From Acidobacteriota bacterium (GTDB taxonomy: Bacteria > Acidobacteriota > UBA6911), in contig OY761556.1 of the NCBI GenBank assembly GCA_963664705.1, positions 1,792,001 through 1,856,000 of the forward strand: a stretch of DNA of 64,000 nucleotides. The letters run 5' to 3'. How positions within the stretch are numbered: position 1 is the first letter of the stretch; each line of letters opens with the position of its first letter. This document shows positions 40,224 to 50,377 of the stretch, piece by piece. Under the pieces are notes generated by a model. The model saw only the letters and a program-made list of their open reading frames with translations, searched no databases and was not told the origin of the DNA. Made by a program: the position numbers and the translations under genes.

Positions 40224-41180
40224 TCAATGGACGGTGACCGGCAAACCAAGTCCTTCGAGCAGCTCCTTTAGTGAATCGATCCGGGCTTCCGACGGAGGCG
40301 TCGCCTCCAGGATTATCTTGGAGTCATCCAGCCTCTGGTATTTCATGATGCCAAGATTGTGATACGGAAGGAGCTGAACTACCGTAACGGCATTCCCCAG
40401 GGATTTGCAGAATTCGCCGGTTTCCCGGATGCTGTCCTCCGAATCGTTGAAGTCCGGAATGACTGGAATGCGGATCTGCATTTTGCCACCGGCCCCTGCA
40501 ATCCGTTGAGCATTTTCGAGGATCAGGTCATTCGGGACACCGGTAACAATCCTATGCTGCTCATTGTCCATGTGCTTCAGGTCGTATAAAAACAAATCCG
40601 TATAGGGCAGGACCGATTCGATGATGTCGTGGGCGGCATAGCCTGTGGTGTCGAGCGCGGTGTGAATGCCGCGGGCTTTAAGGCCTTTCAGGATTTCCAA
40701 TGTGAACTCCGGCTGGCAAAGTGGCTCTCCGCCGGAAACGGTGACGCCTCCACCGGATTGTTCGTAAAAGGGAATATCCTTGACCAGGCGTTTCAGAAGC
40801 TCTTCCACGGTATAATCCGTGCCGCAGACATAGAGGGCTTTGGAATAGCAGACGGAGGCACAGTCGCCGCAGTCTTCGCAAATAGACCGATTAATGCGAA
40901 CGTGCTGAATATCCTCCTGCGTCACCGCGTGCTTGGTGATGGCGCCGGGGCTGATTCCATGCTGACTGCACGCGGTTAGACATTTGCCGCAGCGAGCCAC
41001 GCCAATGCACCTCATGGAGATCCAGCTGAGCTGTGAATGGAATTGCTGGGACTCCGGACTGTGGCACCACGGGCAACGCAAGGGACAGCCCTTTAGAAAT
41101 ACGGTCGTCCGAATGCCGGGGCCATCCTGTAAAGAGAACCCCTGGATGTCATAGACCTTTCCGGTTAGTGAGTTTTCCAA
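40224..41180 (-). CDS. Glycyl-radical enzyme activating protein (radical SAM with ferredoxin insert)
   Basis: DGPGIRTTVFLKGCPLRCPWCHSPES, two extra Cys clusters, SGGEP, DLKHMD and LLPYH. Confidence 0.95.
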   Translation of the reverse strand: MENSLTGKVYDIQGFSLQDGPGIRTTVFLKGCPLRCPWCHSPESQQFHSQLSWISMRCIGVARCGKCLTACSQHGISPGAITKHAVTQEDIQHVRINRSICEDCGDCASVCYSKALYVCGTDYTVEELLKRLVKDIPFYEQSGGGVTVSGGEPLCQPEFTLEILKGLKARGIHTALDTTGYAAHDIIESVLPYTDLFLYDLKHMDNEQHRIVTGVPNDLILENAQRIAGAGGKMQIRIPVIPDFNDSEDSIRETGEFCKSLGNAVTVVQLLPYHNLGIMKYQRLDDSKIILEATPPSEARIDSLKELLEGLGLPVTVH

Positions 41181-41210
41181 GATCCGATAGCCTCATTCCG
41201 CAGGAAAAAG

Positions 41211-43631
41211 CTAAAAAGACAGTTCGGTGCGACGGATGATGTCTTCCTGGCTGGCCTTGTATAATTCTACAAAATATGCGCTGAAGCCCGCTATTCGCAC
41301 CACAAGATCTTTGTATTCCTCCGGGGTCTGCTGCGCCTGTCGCAAAACTTTTCCGCTCACGATGTTGAACTGCATCTCCATTCCACCTAAGGCAAAATAG
41401 GTCCGGATGAGCGCGATCAGTTTGCCTTTGCCGGTTTGATTACTCAGCGCCGTGGGATGGAAACGCATATTCAGCAGCGTGCCGTTGGAGAATTTTTTCT
41501 GGTCAATCATGGCTACGGACTTTAGCGTGGCAGTGGGACCGCTCTTATCCAGTTGCTGTACGGGAGAGATTCCGTCGGCAAGCGGTTCGCCGGCCCTCCT
41601 TCCGTCCGGAGACGCGGCGGTCGTCATTCCAAACAAAACGTGGGTTGTCACCGGATACAATCCTGCGGCATATCGACCACGAGGCCCTGTGCTGCGGTTG
41701 ATAGCATTGCCGTAAACATCGGATGCCCATTTTGCAAACTCATCGCTGTACTCGTTGTCATTGCCGTAATGAGGTGCTTCATTCAGAATGAGCTGGCGAA
41801 GATCTTCCTTTCCTTCCCAGTTGCTCATGAGCGCATCATACAAATCGCGGGCCGTAACCAGCTTTTTGTCATATACCATGTATTTCACAACCGCGAGACT
41901 GTCCGCAATGTTGCCGATGGCGATCCCGGCATTTCCGGTAGAGTTATACCTGGCGCCGCCCTTCATGACATCTTTGCCGGATTCCATGCAGCCGTCGATG
42001 GTTGCGGAGAGGAGTGGAAGCTGCATGTGTTCGGACGCCACATACTCCCACGTATTGACCATGCTGATCTGCCAGTTGACGAAGTACTCGATCTGCTTCT
42101 TAACGGCGATCAGGACATCATCGAAAGTTTCCATTTCATATAAATATCCGGTGGGCAACCCGACCTGCCGATCCGATGGCTTGCCGTCGGGACCTGGCAT
42201 TGGATTGATTCCGTTATTGATGCCCAGCAGGAACGCATTCAGGAGATTGAAAAAGGACTCTGTTCCGCTTCCCCCGGGACAAGCCCATTCATCACCGCAG
42301 GCCTGGGGTTCAACGCACCCGATGAGGCAATAGTTGCGAGCGCTTTCCAGGGGCAGGCCTCGTGCCATCAGTGCCGGGATGATGATATCGTCGTTCTCAA
42401 AGGTTGGAACGCCTCCCGCAATCTGCGTGGTCTCAATGGCGGCTTCCCACAAAGCCTGTGGAGTCCCTTTATGAATGCGCAGCGATTGCGGCGGATCATG
42501 CAATACAAGACGCCCTGCAGATTGCAGCATCATGAAGGAAACGGGGTTGGTCGCGTCCTTGCCATCTCTGGTTACACCGCCAATAGTCATCAACTGACCA
42601 CTGGTGTAGCCCGGACCCGAAAGAGTGGCGAAGTAGGGCCATATTTTGTTCATTTCCGCGACCTTGAGATAAAAGAGATCCAGCAGCTCTTGTGCCTGGT
42701 CGTGGGTAATGCGTCCGGCTGCGATGTCGGCGTCGTAATAGGAGCCAAGATATTGATCCACGCGGCCAAAGCTGATGCCATGCTGCTGGCCATCGAGGCA
42801 CATCGCAATCTGATAGAGGTACATGCACTGGACGGCGTCATGATAGGTGCGGCAGGGGTTTTCCATAATCCAGTTAAGACAGTCCGCCATCTGGAGAAGT
42901 TCTTTTTTGCGAGCGGAATCCGATTCCAGAGATGCCAAACGTTCACATTCCTGTGCGTAGCGCTTGGAGAAAGTGATGATGCCGTCACATACGAGGGTTA
43001 CGGCTCGGTAAAAATTGTATCGAACGGCCCCATCGCCGAACATGACGCCTTCCAGTTCATTCATACGGTCCCGGGCTTCTGCCCGGATAGCGCCAAACCC
43101 CTTGTGCATCGCCTTTTCAAAATTGGCTACGAAATGCCCTACCGGAGAAGAGCAAATATTGGAGGTGCCGAAGTAAACGACGCCACTGCCGGCTGCATCA
43201 AAATAGCCCAGCGGGATGTATTCATCCACCTTGGCGCTCAGACATTCCTTGCGCCAAAAATCTCCCGTGTTCAGAACGTATTGGGCATCCTTTTCGTCAA
43301 TGTCATAAGGATCTGCTTCCCGCAAGGGAATCGTTCCCGCCCTCAATTCATCCAGAAACCAACCAAAGGAGGTCTCCGGGTACAGGGCGCACGCACGGTA
43401 GGAAGTTGCCTGCCAGCCTACAATCACCTCATCGGGATTGATAAGCACCGGGAGTTTTTCGCAAAGGTTTTTGAAGTTTTTGGCGCGTTTCAAAATACCC
43501 TGCAATTGAGGATTCTCCTTGTAGAACTCTGTAACGATTTTGTACCGGGCGATGCAGATGCGCGGCCTGGTGGACCGATACTTCTGGCGGATTTTGGTAA
43601 CGCGATCGGTTACAGGGCTTAGAGCGAACAT
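41211..43631 (-). CDS. Glycyl radical enzyme of unassigned class (PFL-like fold)
   Basis: ISFGRVDQYL, Cys loop CLIGCVEP, TAASPDGR..GEPLADGISP and Gly loop LVVRIAGFSAYF; RBS AGGAGG. Confidence 0.93.
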   Translation of the reverse strand: MFALSPVTDRVTKIRQKYRSTRPRICIARYKIVTEFYKENPQLQGILKRAKNFKNLCEKLPVLINPDEVIVGWQATSYRACALYPETSFGWFLDELRAGTIPLREADPYDIDEKDAQYVLNTGDFWRKECLSAKVDEYIPLGYFDAAGSGVVYFGTSNICSSPVGHFVANFEKAMHKGFGAIRAEARDRMNELEGVMFGDGAVRYNFYRAVTLVCDGIITFSKRYAQECERLASLESDSARKKELLQMADCLNWIMENPCRTYHDAVQCMYLYQIAMCLDGQQHGISFGRVDQYLGSYYDADIAAGRITHDQAQELLDLFYLKVAEMNKIWPYFATLSGPGYTSGQLMTIGGVTRDGKDATNPVSFMMLQSAGRLVLHDPPQSLRIHKGTPQALWEAAIETTQIAGGVPTFENDDIIIPALMARGLPLESARNYCLIGCVEPQACGDEWACPGGSGTESFFNLLNAFLLGINNGINPMPGPDGKPSDRQVGLPTGYLYEMETFDDVLIAVKKQIEYFVNWQISMVNTWEYVASEHMQLPLLSATIDGCMESGKDVMKGGARYNSTGNAGIAIGNIADSLAVVKYMVYDKKLVTARDLYDALMSNWEGKEDLRQLILNEAPHYGNDNEYSDEFAKWASDVYGNAINRSTGPRGRYAAGLYPVTTHVLFGMTTAASPDGRRAGEPLADGISPVQQLDKSGPTATLKSVAMIDQKKFSNGTLLNMRFHPTALSNQTGKGKLIALIRTYFALGGMEMQFNIVSGKVLRQAQQTPEEYKDLVVRIAGFSAYFVELYKASQEDIIRRTELSF

Positions 43632-43768
43632 GGGAATTCCTCCTGGGTTCTTTCAAGATGATGCAAAAGCACAAAGACTAAATATTCTACAGTGAATGGC
43701 TTCGCCGGAACAAGTACGGAAACATTAGTAGATGGTGGGATTCCTGGTGGATTTGTACCGGGTTTACT

Positions 43769-43960
43769 GGAGCGCCGCCGTCTCGGTTAATGCTGCGTAT
43801 TATTTGCAAAAATGCCCGCCCAAACTAGAACTGTTGAGGGCGGCGGCTGGCTGCCGCCCTCAACAAGGCTTCGCCCTCGAGAAATAGTATGCTGCATTCG
43901 CCGCGGCGGAATCAGCGTCGTTGAAGCGCCCACGCTCCAGCCGCGAGACGGTGACGCTCC
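43769..43960. repeat. REP/MITE-like element with 17-bp imperfect terminal inverted repeats and an internal hairpin
   Basis: ggagcgccgccgtctcg (43769-43785) versus cgagacggtgacgctcc (43944-43960), 15/17 complementary; internal hairpin at 43832-43865. Confidence 0.55.
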
Positions 43961-43980
43961 CCGGTGTCGCGAGCGGTTCG

Positions 43981-45063
43981 CTAGTAATAAAAAAGCTGGG
44001 TCTGGATGACAAATTGAGTTCGAGTCGGGGCATTCGTTTTGAAGATGCGGGCCAAACCAGCCTTTACATTGACCCTGTGTTTCAGCGGCCAAAGAGCAAT
44101 TCCGCCCATCGCCTTTTTGTCATCTGCTACGCCAGGCTTGGTAAAATCCCTCGAAGAAATTTGGAAGAAAGGCCCAAGCCTGGCTTTCTTCACATAATAG
44201 GACGATTCAAACATCCAGGCATTTTGCTGGGGCAGGGATGCAAAAGTGTTGCTTCCATCATAGCGGATAAAATCCGCCTGAGCCGTGAAAGCGTCTCCCT
44301 TTCGGACCGGAAGGTCCACGAATACATCCACGCCATTAGCGCTATAATTACCCTGTCGGTCGAAGCTGGCGCCTATTCCAACAATCTTCTTCTGTCCCAG
44401 GGTTGTTCCCGTGTAGAAGAATCCCGTATCCGCCTGAAATGGATAATAGACAATGCGAGCCATGTATCGATAGGGGAAGTCTCCCTCATGATTGCGGTTG
44501 CCGCGATAAACGCCCACGCGGTATTCCAGGTGCTTTTTGATATAACCGCGAGCCTGCAACCCGTAGTCGCGCCCGTTTTTTGACCGCGTCGGATCGGAGG
44601 AGAGGAAAGAATAGGTGCCGTACTCAATCGGAAGCAAGGTTGTGGCCGATTGGGCGGAATTGTGGGATACCGGAACAATCAGCATGCCGCCATCGAGTTG
44701 GAATTCCGGACGAAAGGCATAATTGACATAGGCATCCTGCAGGAATATTTCCGCGGTTCTTGTTCCGTCGGCCGCCTTTTTACCCAGATTGGGGCTATCA
44801 CTTTCGATGAAATAGGAGAGCTTCGATGTAATTTTTCCGCCGGCAATGAGCCGGAATCGGCGAAGGAATACATTGTTGTTGTTCTGGCCGACTGCCGTTG
44901 AGTTTTCAAGAGATTCAAACTGTGGTTGCGCCAGGAATCCGAAAGTAACCGACGTATTGCCATCGTTGGCTGAGAATTTCCATGGTGGCCCCTGGGCAAA
45001 CACCGGTTGAATACAACAGATAAAAAGCAGGGAGATGCAGCATACAAAAAATGTGGTCTTCAT
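43981..45063 (-). CDS. Outer-membrane porin (OprO/OprP-like)
   Basis: Signal peptide; FLRRFRL, LQDAY, GRDYGLQARG; amphipathic strands; C-terminal QLFYY. Confidence 0.75.
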   Translation of the reverse strand: MKTTFFVCCISLLFICCIQPVFAQGPPWKFSANDGNTSVTFGFLAQPQFESLENSTAVGQNNNNVFLRRFRLIAGGKITSKLSYFIESDSPNLGKKAADGTRTAEIFLQDAYVNYAFRPEFQLDGGMLIVPVSHNSAQSATTLLPIEYGTYSFLSSDPTRSKNGRDYGLQARGYIKKHLEYRVGVYRGNRNHEGDFPYRYMARIVYYPFQADTGFFYTGTTLGQKKIVGIGASFDRQGNYSANGVDVFVDLPVRKGDAFTAQADFIRYDGSNTFASLPQQNAWMFESSYYVKKARLGPFFQISSRDFTKPGVADDKKAMGGIALWPLKHRVNVKAGLARIFKTNAPTRTQFVIQTQLFYY

Positions 45064-45285
45064 AGATCAGCCTTCATTGCATACACGCGCAAGCGCGAAA
45101 TAGGGTTAACGTGTCCATATCGGTACGCAAATGCAAATTGATATGCAAATTCTAAATTCGCTGGGGTGAACGCCCGCAGGGGGAAGCATAGAAGGCCGGA
45201 TACAGGCCGGCCTCTTATCTGTTTGGAGGCTTGAGCGGGTGGGGCTCGAAGATCCAATTATTCCGAGTTTCCAACCGGGCGCATT

Positions 45286-46557
45286 TTACTTATGGGCTGA
45301 TTTGGCAGGTCTGACGTAAGCGCCCCAATAGCTCATTCCGACGAAAACTGCGCCCCCGATGATGTTTCCAATCGTGACCGGCACAAGATTTTTTACGATG
45401 AAGTTGTACCAGGTGAGCGCGGCAACATCCACTCCGGGGACTATGGGCACATTGGTCCAATGAATAAAAAGAATCCCTGCCGGAATGTAGAACATGTTGG
45501 CGATGCAGTGTTCAAATCCAAGCGTCACGAAACACATGACCGGGAAAAGGATGGCAAAGATCTTGCCGACCGTTTGGCGGGCGGCCATGGCCATCCAAAC
45601 CGCCAGGCAAACGAGCCAGTTGCAGCCGATTCCGCGCCAGAGCGCTTCGCTGAAGGTAAGGTGCACCTTGCTGTAAGCCGTTTTGACTGCTGCCGCACCG
45701 AGTGCCCCCTCCGAGGTTTTCCATAATCCGGAATAAAAGAAAATTGCGGCCACAAACAAAGCGCCGAGGAAATTGGCAAAATAGACCAGCGCCCAGCGTC
45801 GCATCATTTTTCCCAGTGTTATTTCCCGGGACATCACACTGGAAACCATCAGCGTATTTCCGGTAAAGAGTTCCGCACCCGCGATAACAACAAGCATCAA
45901 TCCGACGCTGAACACGATTCCGCTGAGAAGCTGCTTGAATCCCGTGCCAAATTTAGCAGCTGCATCAAATGTTACGGTTGCGGAAAGAAATCCTCCAAAG
46001 GCAATATAGGCGCCCCCAAGAATTCCAAGTACGAAAACCGTAAGCCAGGGGGAGGTTGCCTTATAGACACCGACTGTTTGTGCCACCGTTTCGGCAATAT
46101 TTTTTGGCGCTTTGTCTTCGAGCGTCGGGACGGGAAACTGTAAGGTTCCAACGAATTTTTCAAAGCGCCCCACCGCCTTTTTTTCCTGCGTAATTTTTCG
46201 CTTAACCGCTTTATTGACGACTCGAATGATTTCATCGGGCTTGAACGGCTTCGGAAGATAATCCATCGCACCCCGTTTCATCGCTTCCGTTGCCCGGCCC
46301 AGCGATGGATGGCCGCTGATCATCACCATGGCTGAATTGGGGGATCTCTTGTCGATCTCCTCGACCACGTCCAGCCCATCTAGACCCGGCATCATCCAAT
46401 CCACCAGGATAACGTCATAGGTTTTTTCAGATACGAGCCGAATGCCTTCCTTGGGATCAGGGGTGGAGGTTACTTCATAACCCTCCGCCTCAAATATCTT
46501 TCGGCAGGATTTCAGAACTATCTCTTCGTCGTCGATGATCAACATTTTTTCAGCCAT
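45286..46557 (-). CDS. Response-regulator receiver domain fused to a formate/nitrite transporter (FNT)
   Basis: REC at aa 1-120 (DD9-10, D53, S81, K103PF), then GAELFTGN, GIGCNWLVCLAVW, GFEHCIANM and VTIGNIIGG in one uninterrupted ORF. Confidence 0.93.
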   Translation of the reverse strand: MAEKMLIIDDEEIVLKSCRKIFEAEGYEVTSTPDPKEGIRLVSEKTYDVILVDWMMPGLDGLDVVEEIDKRSPNSAMVMISGHPSLGRATEAMKRGAMDYLPKPFKPDEIIRVVNKAVKRKITQEKKAVGRFEKFVGTLQFPVPTLEDKAPKNIAETVAQTVGVYKATSPWLTVFVLGILGGAYIAFGGFLSATVTFDAAAKFGTGFKQLLSGIVFSVGLMLVVIAGAELFTGNTLMVSSVMSREITLGKMMRRWALVYFANFLGALFVAAIFFYSGLWKTSEGALGAAAVKTAYSKVHLTFSEALWRGIGCNWLVCLAVWMAMAARQTVGKIFAILFPVMCFVTLGFEHCIANMFYIPAGILFIHWTNVPIVPGVDVAALTWYNFIVKNLVPVTIGNIIGGAVFVGMSYWGAYVRPAKSAHK

Positions 46558-46668
46558 GTGTTTCCCCTTACATAATCGATACGCAGAACAGAATGTGATT
46601 CCTGCCTGATCAGACTGCGCTGCTTTCCGCAGAAATTTATGACCAAAGGCTTATTTCTTCTTCTGCGC

Positions 46669-47040
46669 TCACTTGCTACCGGCATTACTCTCCAAAACCT
46701 GCTGAATCGCATGCATTAGCTCGTCCGGCCGGAATGGTTTTGGAATGAACTGGGTCGCTCCTGATTTCAGGACATCTGCAACGGTCTCGGGAGTGGGATA
46801 GCCGCTCATGACGATCACCGGGATATCCGGCAGGCTTTTCCGGATTTCTTTCATCAGGAAAAGGCCGTCGCGCTTCGGCATTTTTACGTCGATGAGCAGG
46901 AGATCAAAGGAACCCTTTTCAAGAGCTTCCAGAGCGGCATCGGCACCGTTAACCGTGGATACGGTGTATCCTTCCGATTCGAGGATGCGCGTGCAGCTTT
47001 TGATTACAATGATGTCGTCGTCAACGACCAACACTTTCAT
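46669..47040 (-). CDS. Single-domain response regulator
   Basis: LVVDDD, LIDVKMP..DG, MSGY and FIPKPF. Confidence 0.92.
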   Translation of the reverse strand: MKVLVVDDDIIVIKSCTRILESEGYTVSTVNGADAALEALEKGSFDLLLIDVKMPKRDGLFLMKEIRKSLPDIPVIVMSGYPTPETVADVLKSGATQFIPKPFRPDELMHAIQQVLESNAGSK

Positions 47041-47050
47041 TTTTCGAACC

Positions 47051-49000
47051 CTATTCCTCTATCGGCAGCCAAACGGTAAAAGTACTACCGCGTCCCAACT
47101 TGCTTTGTACGTGAATCGTACCGCCGTGGCGCTCAACGATCCCGTAGGTCACAGACAATCCAAGTCCCGTTCCTTGTCCGATGTCCTTGGTGGTAAAAAA
47201 CGGGTCAAAAATTTTATCCAGATGCTCTGGCTCAATACCGCAGCCGCTGTCTTTGCAGACAATTTCTATGCCTTTGGCTCCCGTGGTCCGCGGAGACATT
47301 CCGATGCCGGTTGTAACGGTAATCTGCCCGCCCGGTTCTGTTGCGTCGAGCGCATTCATAATCAGGTTGATCAAAACGCTCTCCATCTGATTCTGATCCA
47401 ATGTGATCAGGGGCAGATTTTCGCCTTCTTCAAGGCACAGATTGACGTTTTTGATCAAGGCCTGGTTCTCGAGAAGCGCGATGGTAGCACTGCAAAGGCG
47501 ATTGACGTCGGTCGATTGGCGATCCAGATCCGTTTGCCTGGAAAAATCCAATAGCCCCTTTACAATTTTGCGGACGCGCTCGGTTTCCTGCGAGATGGTT
47601 TCGAGGTCCGATCGAATGTCATCCGGCAGGTCATTTCGCCGCAGCAACATGTGGGTAAAGGTAAACACTCCGGTCAGGGGGTTGTTAATCTCGTGAGCCA
47701 CTCCGCCGGCAAGCTTTCCAACACTGGCTTGCTTCTCGAACTGAATCAGTTTGGTCTCGCTCTCAGCCTTTTGTCGTTCGTCGCGCTGACGAAGGGATGC
47801 CAGCATCTGCTGAAAGGTTTTTTGAAGAACGCCGATTTCGCTATTCGATATGGGGCCGATTTCAGGTGAGAGATTACCCTGGGAGACCTGGGTGCTCGCC
47901 TCAATGAGCTTGTGAACGGGCTGTATGATTCTGTTCGCGAACAGGTAGCCAAGGCTGACGGCGGCGCCCATGGCACCCACGATGATAACGAAGAAAAATG
48001 CGAGCGCATCGGATCGGATATCGGCATATTTTGTCTCGAGCACACCGGCATAGAGCATTCCAACTCGCAGGCCGGAAATATCCTCGATCGGTTCATACGC
48101 GGTGATGTACCAGTCGTTGACTACGAAAGCGCGTGCCGTCCATTTCTTCCCATCCACCAATACATGCCTGGTCACTTCCTCCGATGCAACACTGCCGATT
48201 GCTCGTGTTCCGTCGGGATTGAGAACATTGGTGGCTATCCGGATATCCTTCAGGAATATCGTGGCACTCCCGATGCTGCGTTCCTTATAGATTTCGTGTC
48301 GGAACACAGTGTCCCTTACGCGATCGACGATTTCGTGGCTTTGATTCAGTAAGACGCCGCCATACATGACGCCCACCATGCGGCCGGACTCGAAAACAGG
48401 CACGGCGGCCGCCAAAGCCATTCCGGTCAGGTATTCGCTTTCTTTGCTGGGCTTTGCCATTGGCGTGGGACGCAGGCGAATTCTTGCCCTTTCTGCAAGA
48501 TCCGGGTTCTCCGCAAACAGGAAATCATGATTGAGGACAACGGTGCCGGCGACGGCCGTTTTCTTCTTCAGCGCCATCGCTGCAATAGGATTAGGCGGCG
48601 AGTTGCTTTCTGCTGCAGGGTTCGGGCCAATACGACTGACCGTGGTGCCATCGAGGGTCACGATTCCGAGAAAATCCAGCTCCGTTTGCTGTGCGACTTC
48701 TCTGAGCCGGTTGATCGGCCTTTTCGGATCCTTCGTATTAATGGAAGAGGCGAATGCCGGATCGGTGGAGGCCAACTGGAGAGAAATGCGAATTTCCTTG
48801 GCCCTGGAGAGATAAATATCGCTGGCAGCATTCAGGTCCAGGCTGACACGATTGATGGCTTCCGTAAGAACGGCCCCATATAAAAGGCGACCGCCTACCC
48901 AAATCGCAACTCCGCAAATCAGCAAGGCAATTCCAAGGAAGCTCAGAATCAGCTTGGATCGGGTGGAATACAGCAAAGGAAATTCCTCTCGCCAGAACAA
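47051..49000 (-). CDS. Cache-HAMP sensor histidine kinase
   Basis: Two TMs; periplasmic Cache (ATIF...RIATNV...G.RAIG, WYITAYEPI); AHEINNPL, NLIMNALDA, FDPFFTTK and GTGLGL. TTG start approximate. Confidence 0.92.
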   Translation of the reverse strand: MFWREEFPLLYSTRSKLILSFLGIALLICGVAIWVGGRLLYGAVLTEAINRVSLDLNAASDIYLSRAKEIRISLQLASTDPAFASSINTKDPKRPINRLREVAQQTELDFLGIVTLDGTTVSRIGPNPAAESNSPPNPIAAMALKKKTAVAGTVVLNHDFLFAENPDLAERARIRLRPTPMAKPSKESEYLTGMALAAAVPVFESGRMVGVMYGGVLLNQSHEIVDRVRDTVFRHEIYKERSIGSATIFLKDIRIATNVLNPDGTRAIGSVASEEVTRHVLVDGKKWTARAFVVNDWYITAYEPIEDISGLRVGMLYAGVLETKYADIRSDALAFFFVIIVGAMGAAVSLGYLFANRIIQPVHKLIEASTQVSQGNLSPEIGPISNSEIGVLQKTFQQMLASLRQRDERQKAESETKLIQFEKQASVGKLAGGVAHEINNPLTGVFTFTHMLLRRNDLPDDIRSDLETISQETERVRKIVKGLLDFSRQTDLDRQSTDVNRLCSATIALLENQALIKNVNLCLEEGENLPLITLDQNQMESVLINLIMNALDATEPGGQITVTTGIGMSPRTTGAKGIEIVCKDSGCGIEPEHLDKIFDPFFTTKDIGQGTGLGLSVTYGIVERHGGTIHVQSKLGRGSTFTVWLPIEE

Positions 49001-49279
49001 ACCCAGCCAAGTTAGGAAGCGCTAATCTCGAACTTGCGCGAACCAACATTAAAGGCGGGATATTATAGCTTATGGAGCCGATAGCGAGAATAGGCAGGTA
49101 TAAGTAGCATTCATGAGGATTGGGGATGCATAAAGGAGCATAACAAGCGGTTAAAAGTGGCTATATCGCCTCGGCCCCCAAGTCCTGTGTTGCGAAATCC
49201 GGGGAAAATCCAGTAATGTGCTATGTGCATGGGATCAAACAAGTTGGTTGTCCGGTTCGTTCGGGGATTATGAGCTTTT

Positions 49280-50377
49280 ATGCGAATTGTAATCAAGCTG
49301 GGAACTTCTACGCTAACCAATGGAACGCTGAGGCTGTCCGCTCCGCTTCTCATTGATTTTGCCAGGCAGACATCGGTGCTTCTGGAAGAAGGACACCAGG
49401 TAGTCATCGTTTCTTCCGGCGCAATAGCCGCGGGTCGGGAGCGGCTTGGTTTCCCTGACCTGCCGAAGGACATTCCTGCCAAGCAGATGCTTGCCGCCGT
49501 CGGGCAATCGCGTTTGATGTCAACCTATGAACAGATATTCGGACTATATGGGCTGACAGTAGCGCAGGTATTGCTGACGCGCATGGACCTTGCCAGCAGG
49601 CGACGCTATCTGAATGCGCGAAATACTTTGAATGCACTGCTGGAGCATAAGGTCATCCCGGTGGTCAATGAAAACGATACGCTGGCCACGGAGGAGATCC
49701 GTGTCGGGGATAACGACAACTTGTCGGCATTGGTGGCAAATGTGCTGGATGCTGATCTGCTGATTCTTCTTACCGATCAAACAGGGCTTTATACGGCGGA
49801 TCCACGAGTGGATGCCACTGCTCAGCTTGTTCCGGAGGTGTCGGAACATGAGATTCCCGAGCAGCTGTGGAAGGCGGCCGGAGGAACGGAAACGGGTCTT
49901 GGTACCGGAGGTATGGTTACAAAGCTGCAGGCGGCGGATCTGGCGCGCCGGTCCGGAACGGAGTGCATCATTGCAGCGGGGCACGAACCGGATATTGCTT
50001 TACGCATTGTGCGAGGCGAGAAAATCGGGACACGCTTTGCTGCCGTTGCCAGTTCCGTGGAGGGCAGGAAACGCTATATCCTATCGGGCCGGCGGGCGCC
50101 CGGTTTGTTGATTATAGACGACGGTGCGGCACAGGCGCTGCAGCGTGGTGGCAGTTTGCTCCCAATTGGCATGACAGAGGTATCCGGTGTTTTCGAACGG
50201 GGAGATACCGTAAGAGTCGCAAAGGCGGATGGCAGCGAGATGGCGCGGGGAATAGTGAATTACGGCAGTCGGGATCTGGCTCGAATTGTGCGACGGCCCT
50301 CGGATGAAATTGAATCGATTCTGGGATACCATTTCGGAGATGAAGTCATTCACCGCAATGACATGGTGCTGCTGTAG
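49280..50377 (+). CDS. proB: Glutamate 5-kinase
   Basis: RIVIKLGTS, VSSGAIAAG, AAVGQ, NEND, GDNDNL, GTGGMVTK and a C-terminal PUA domain. Confidence 0.97.
   Translation: MRIVIKLGTSTLTNGTLRLSAPLLIDFARQTSVLLEEGHQVVIVSSGAIAAGRERLGFPDLPKDIPAKQMLAAVGQSRLMSTYEQIFGLYGLTVAQVLLTRMDLASRRRYLNARNTLNALLEHKVIPVVNENDTLATEEIRVGDNDNLSALVANVLDADLLILLTDQTGLYTADPRVDATAQLVPEVSEHEIPEQLWKAAGGTETGLGTGGMVTKLQAADLARRSGTECIIAAGHEPDIALRIVRGEKIGTRFAAVASSVEGRKRYILSGRRAPGLLIIDDGAAQALQRGGSLLPIGMTEVSGVFERGDTVRVAKADGSEMARGIVNYGSRDLARIVRRPSDEIESILGYHFGDEVIHRNDMVLL

Noticed and set aside
41211-43631. Pyruvate formate-lyase (pflB), suggested by the nearby FNT
   Set aside because: It has single-Cys GCVE, not the PFL CC motif, and the activase carries a ferredoxin insert that PflA lacks.
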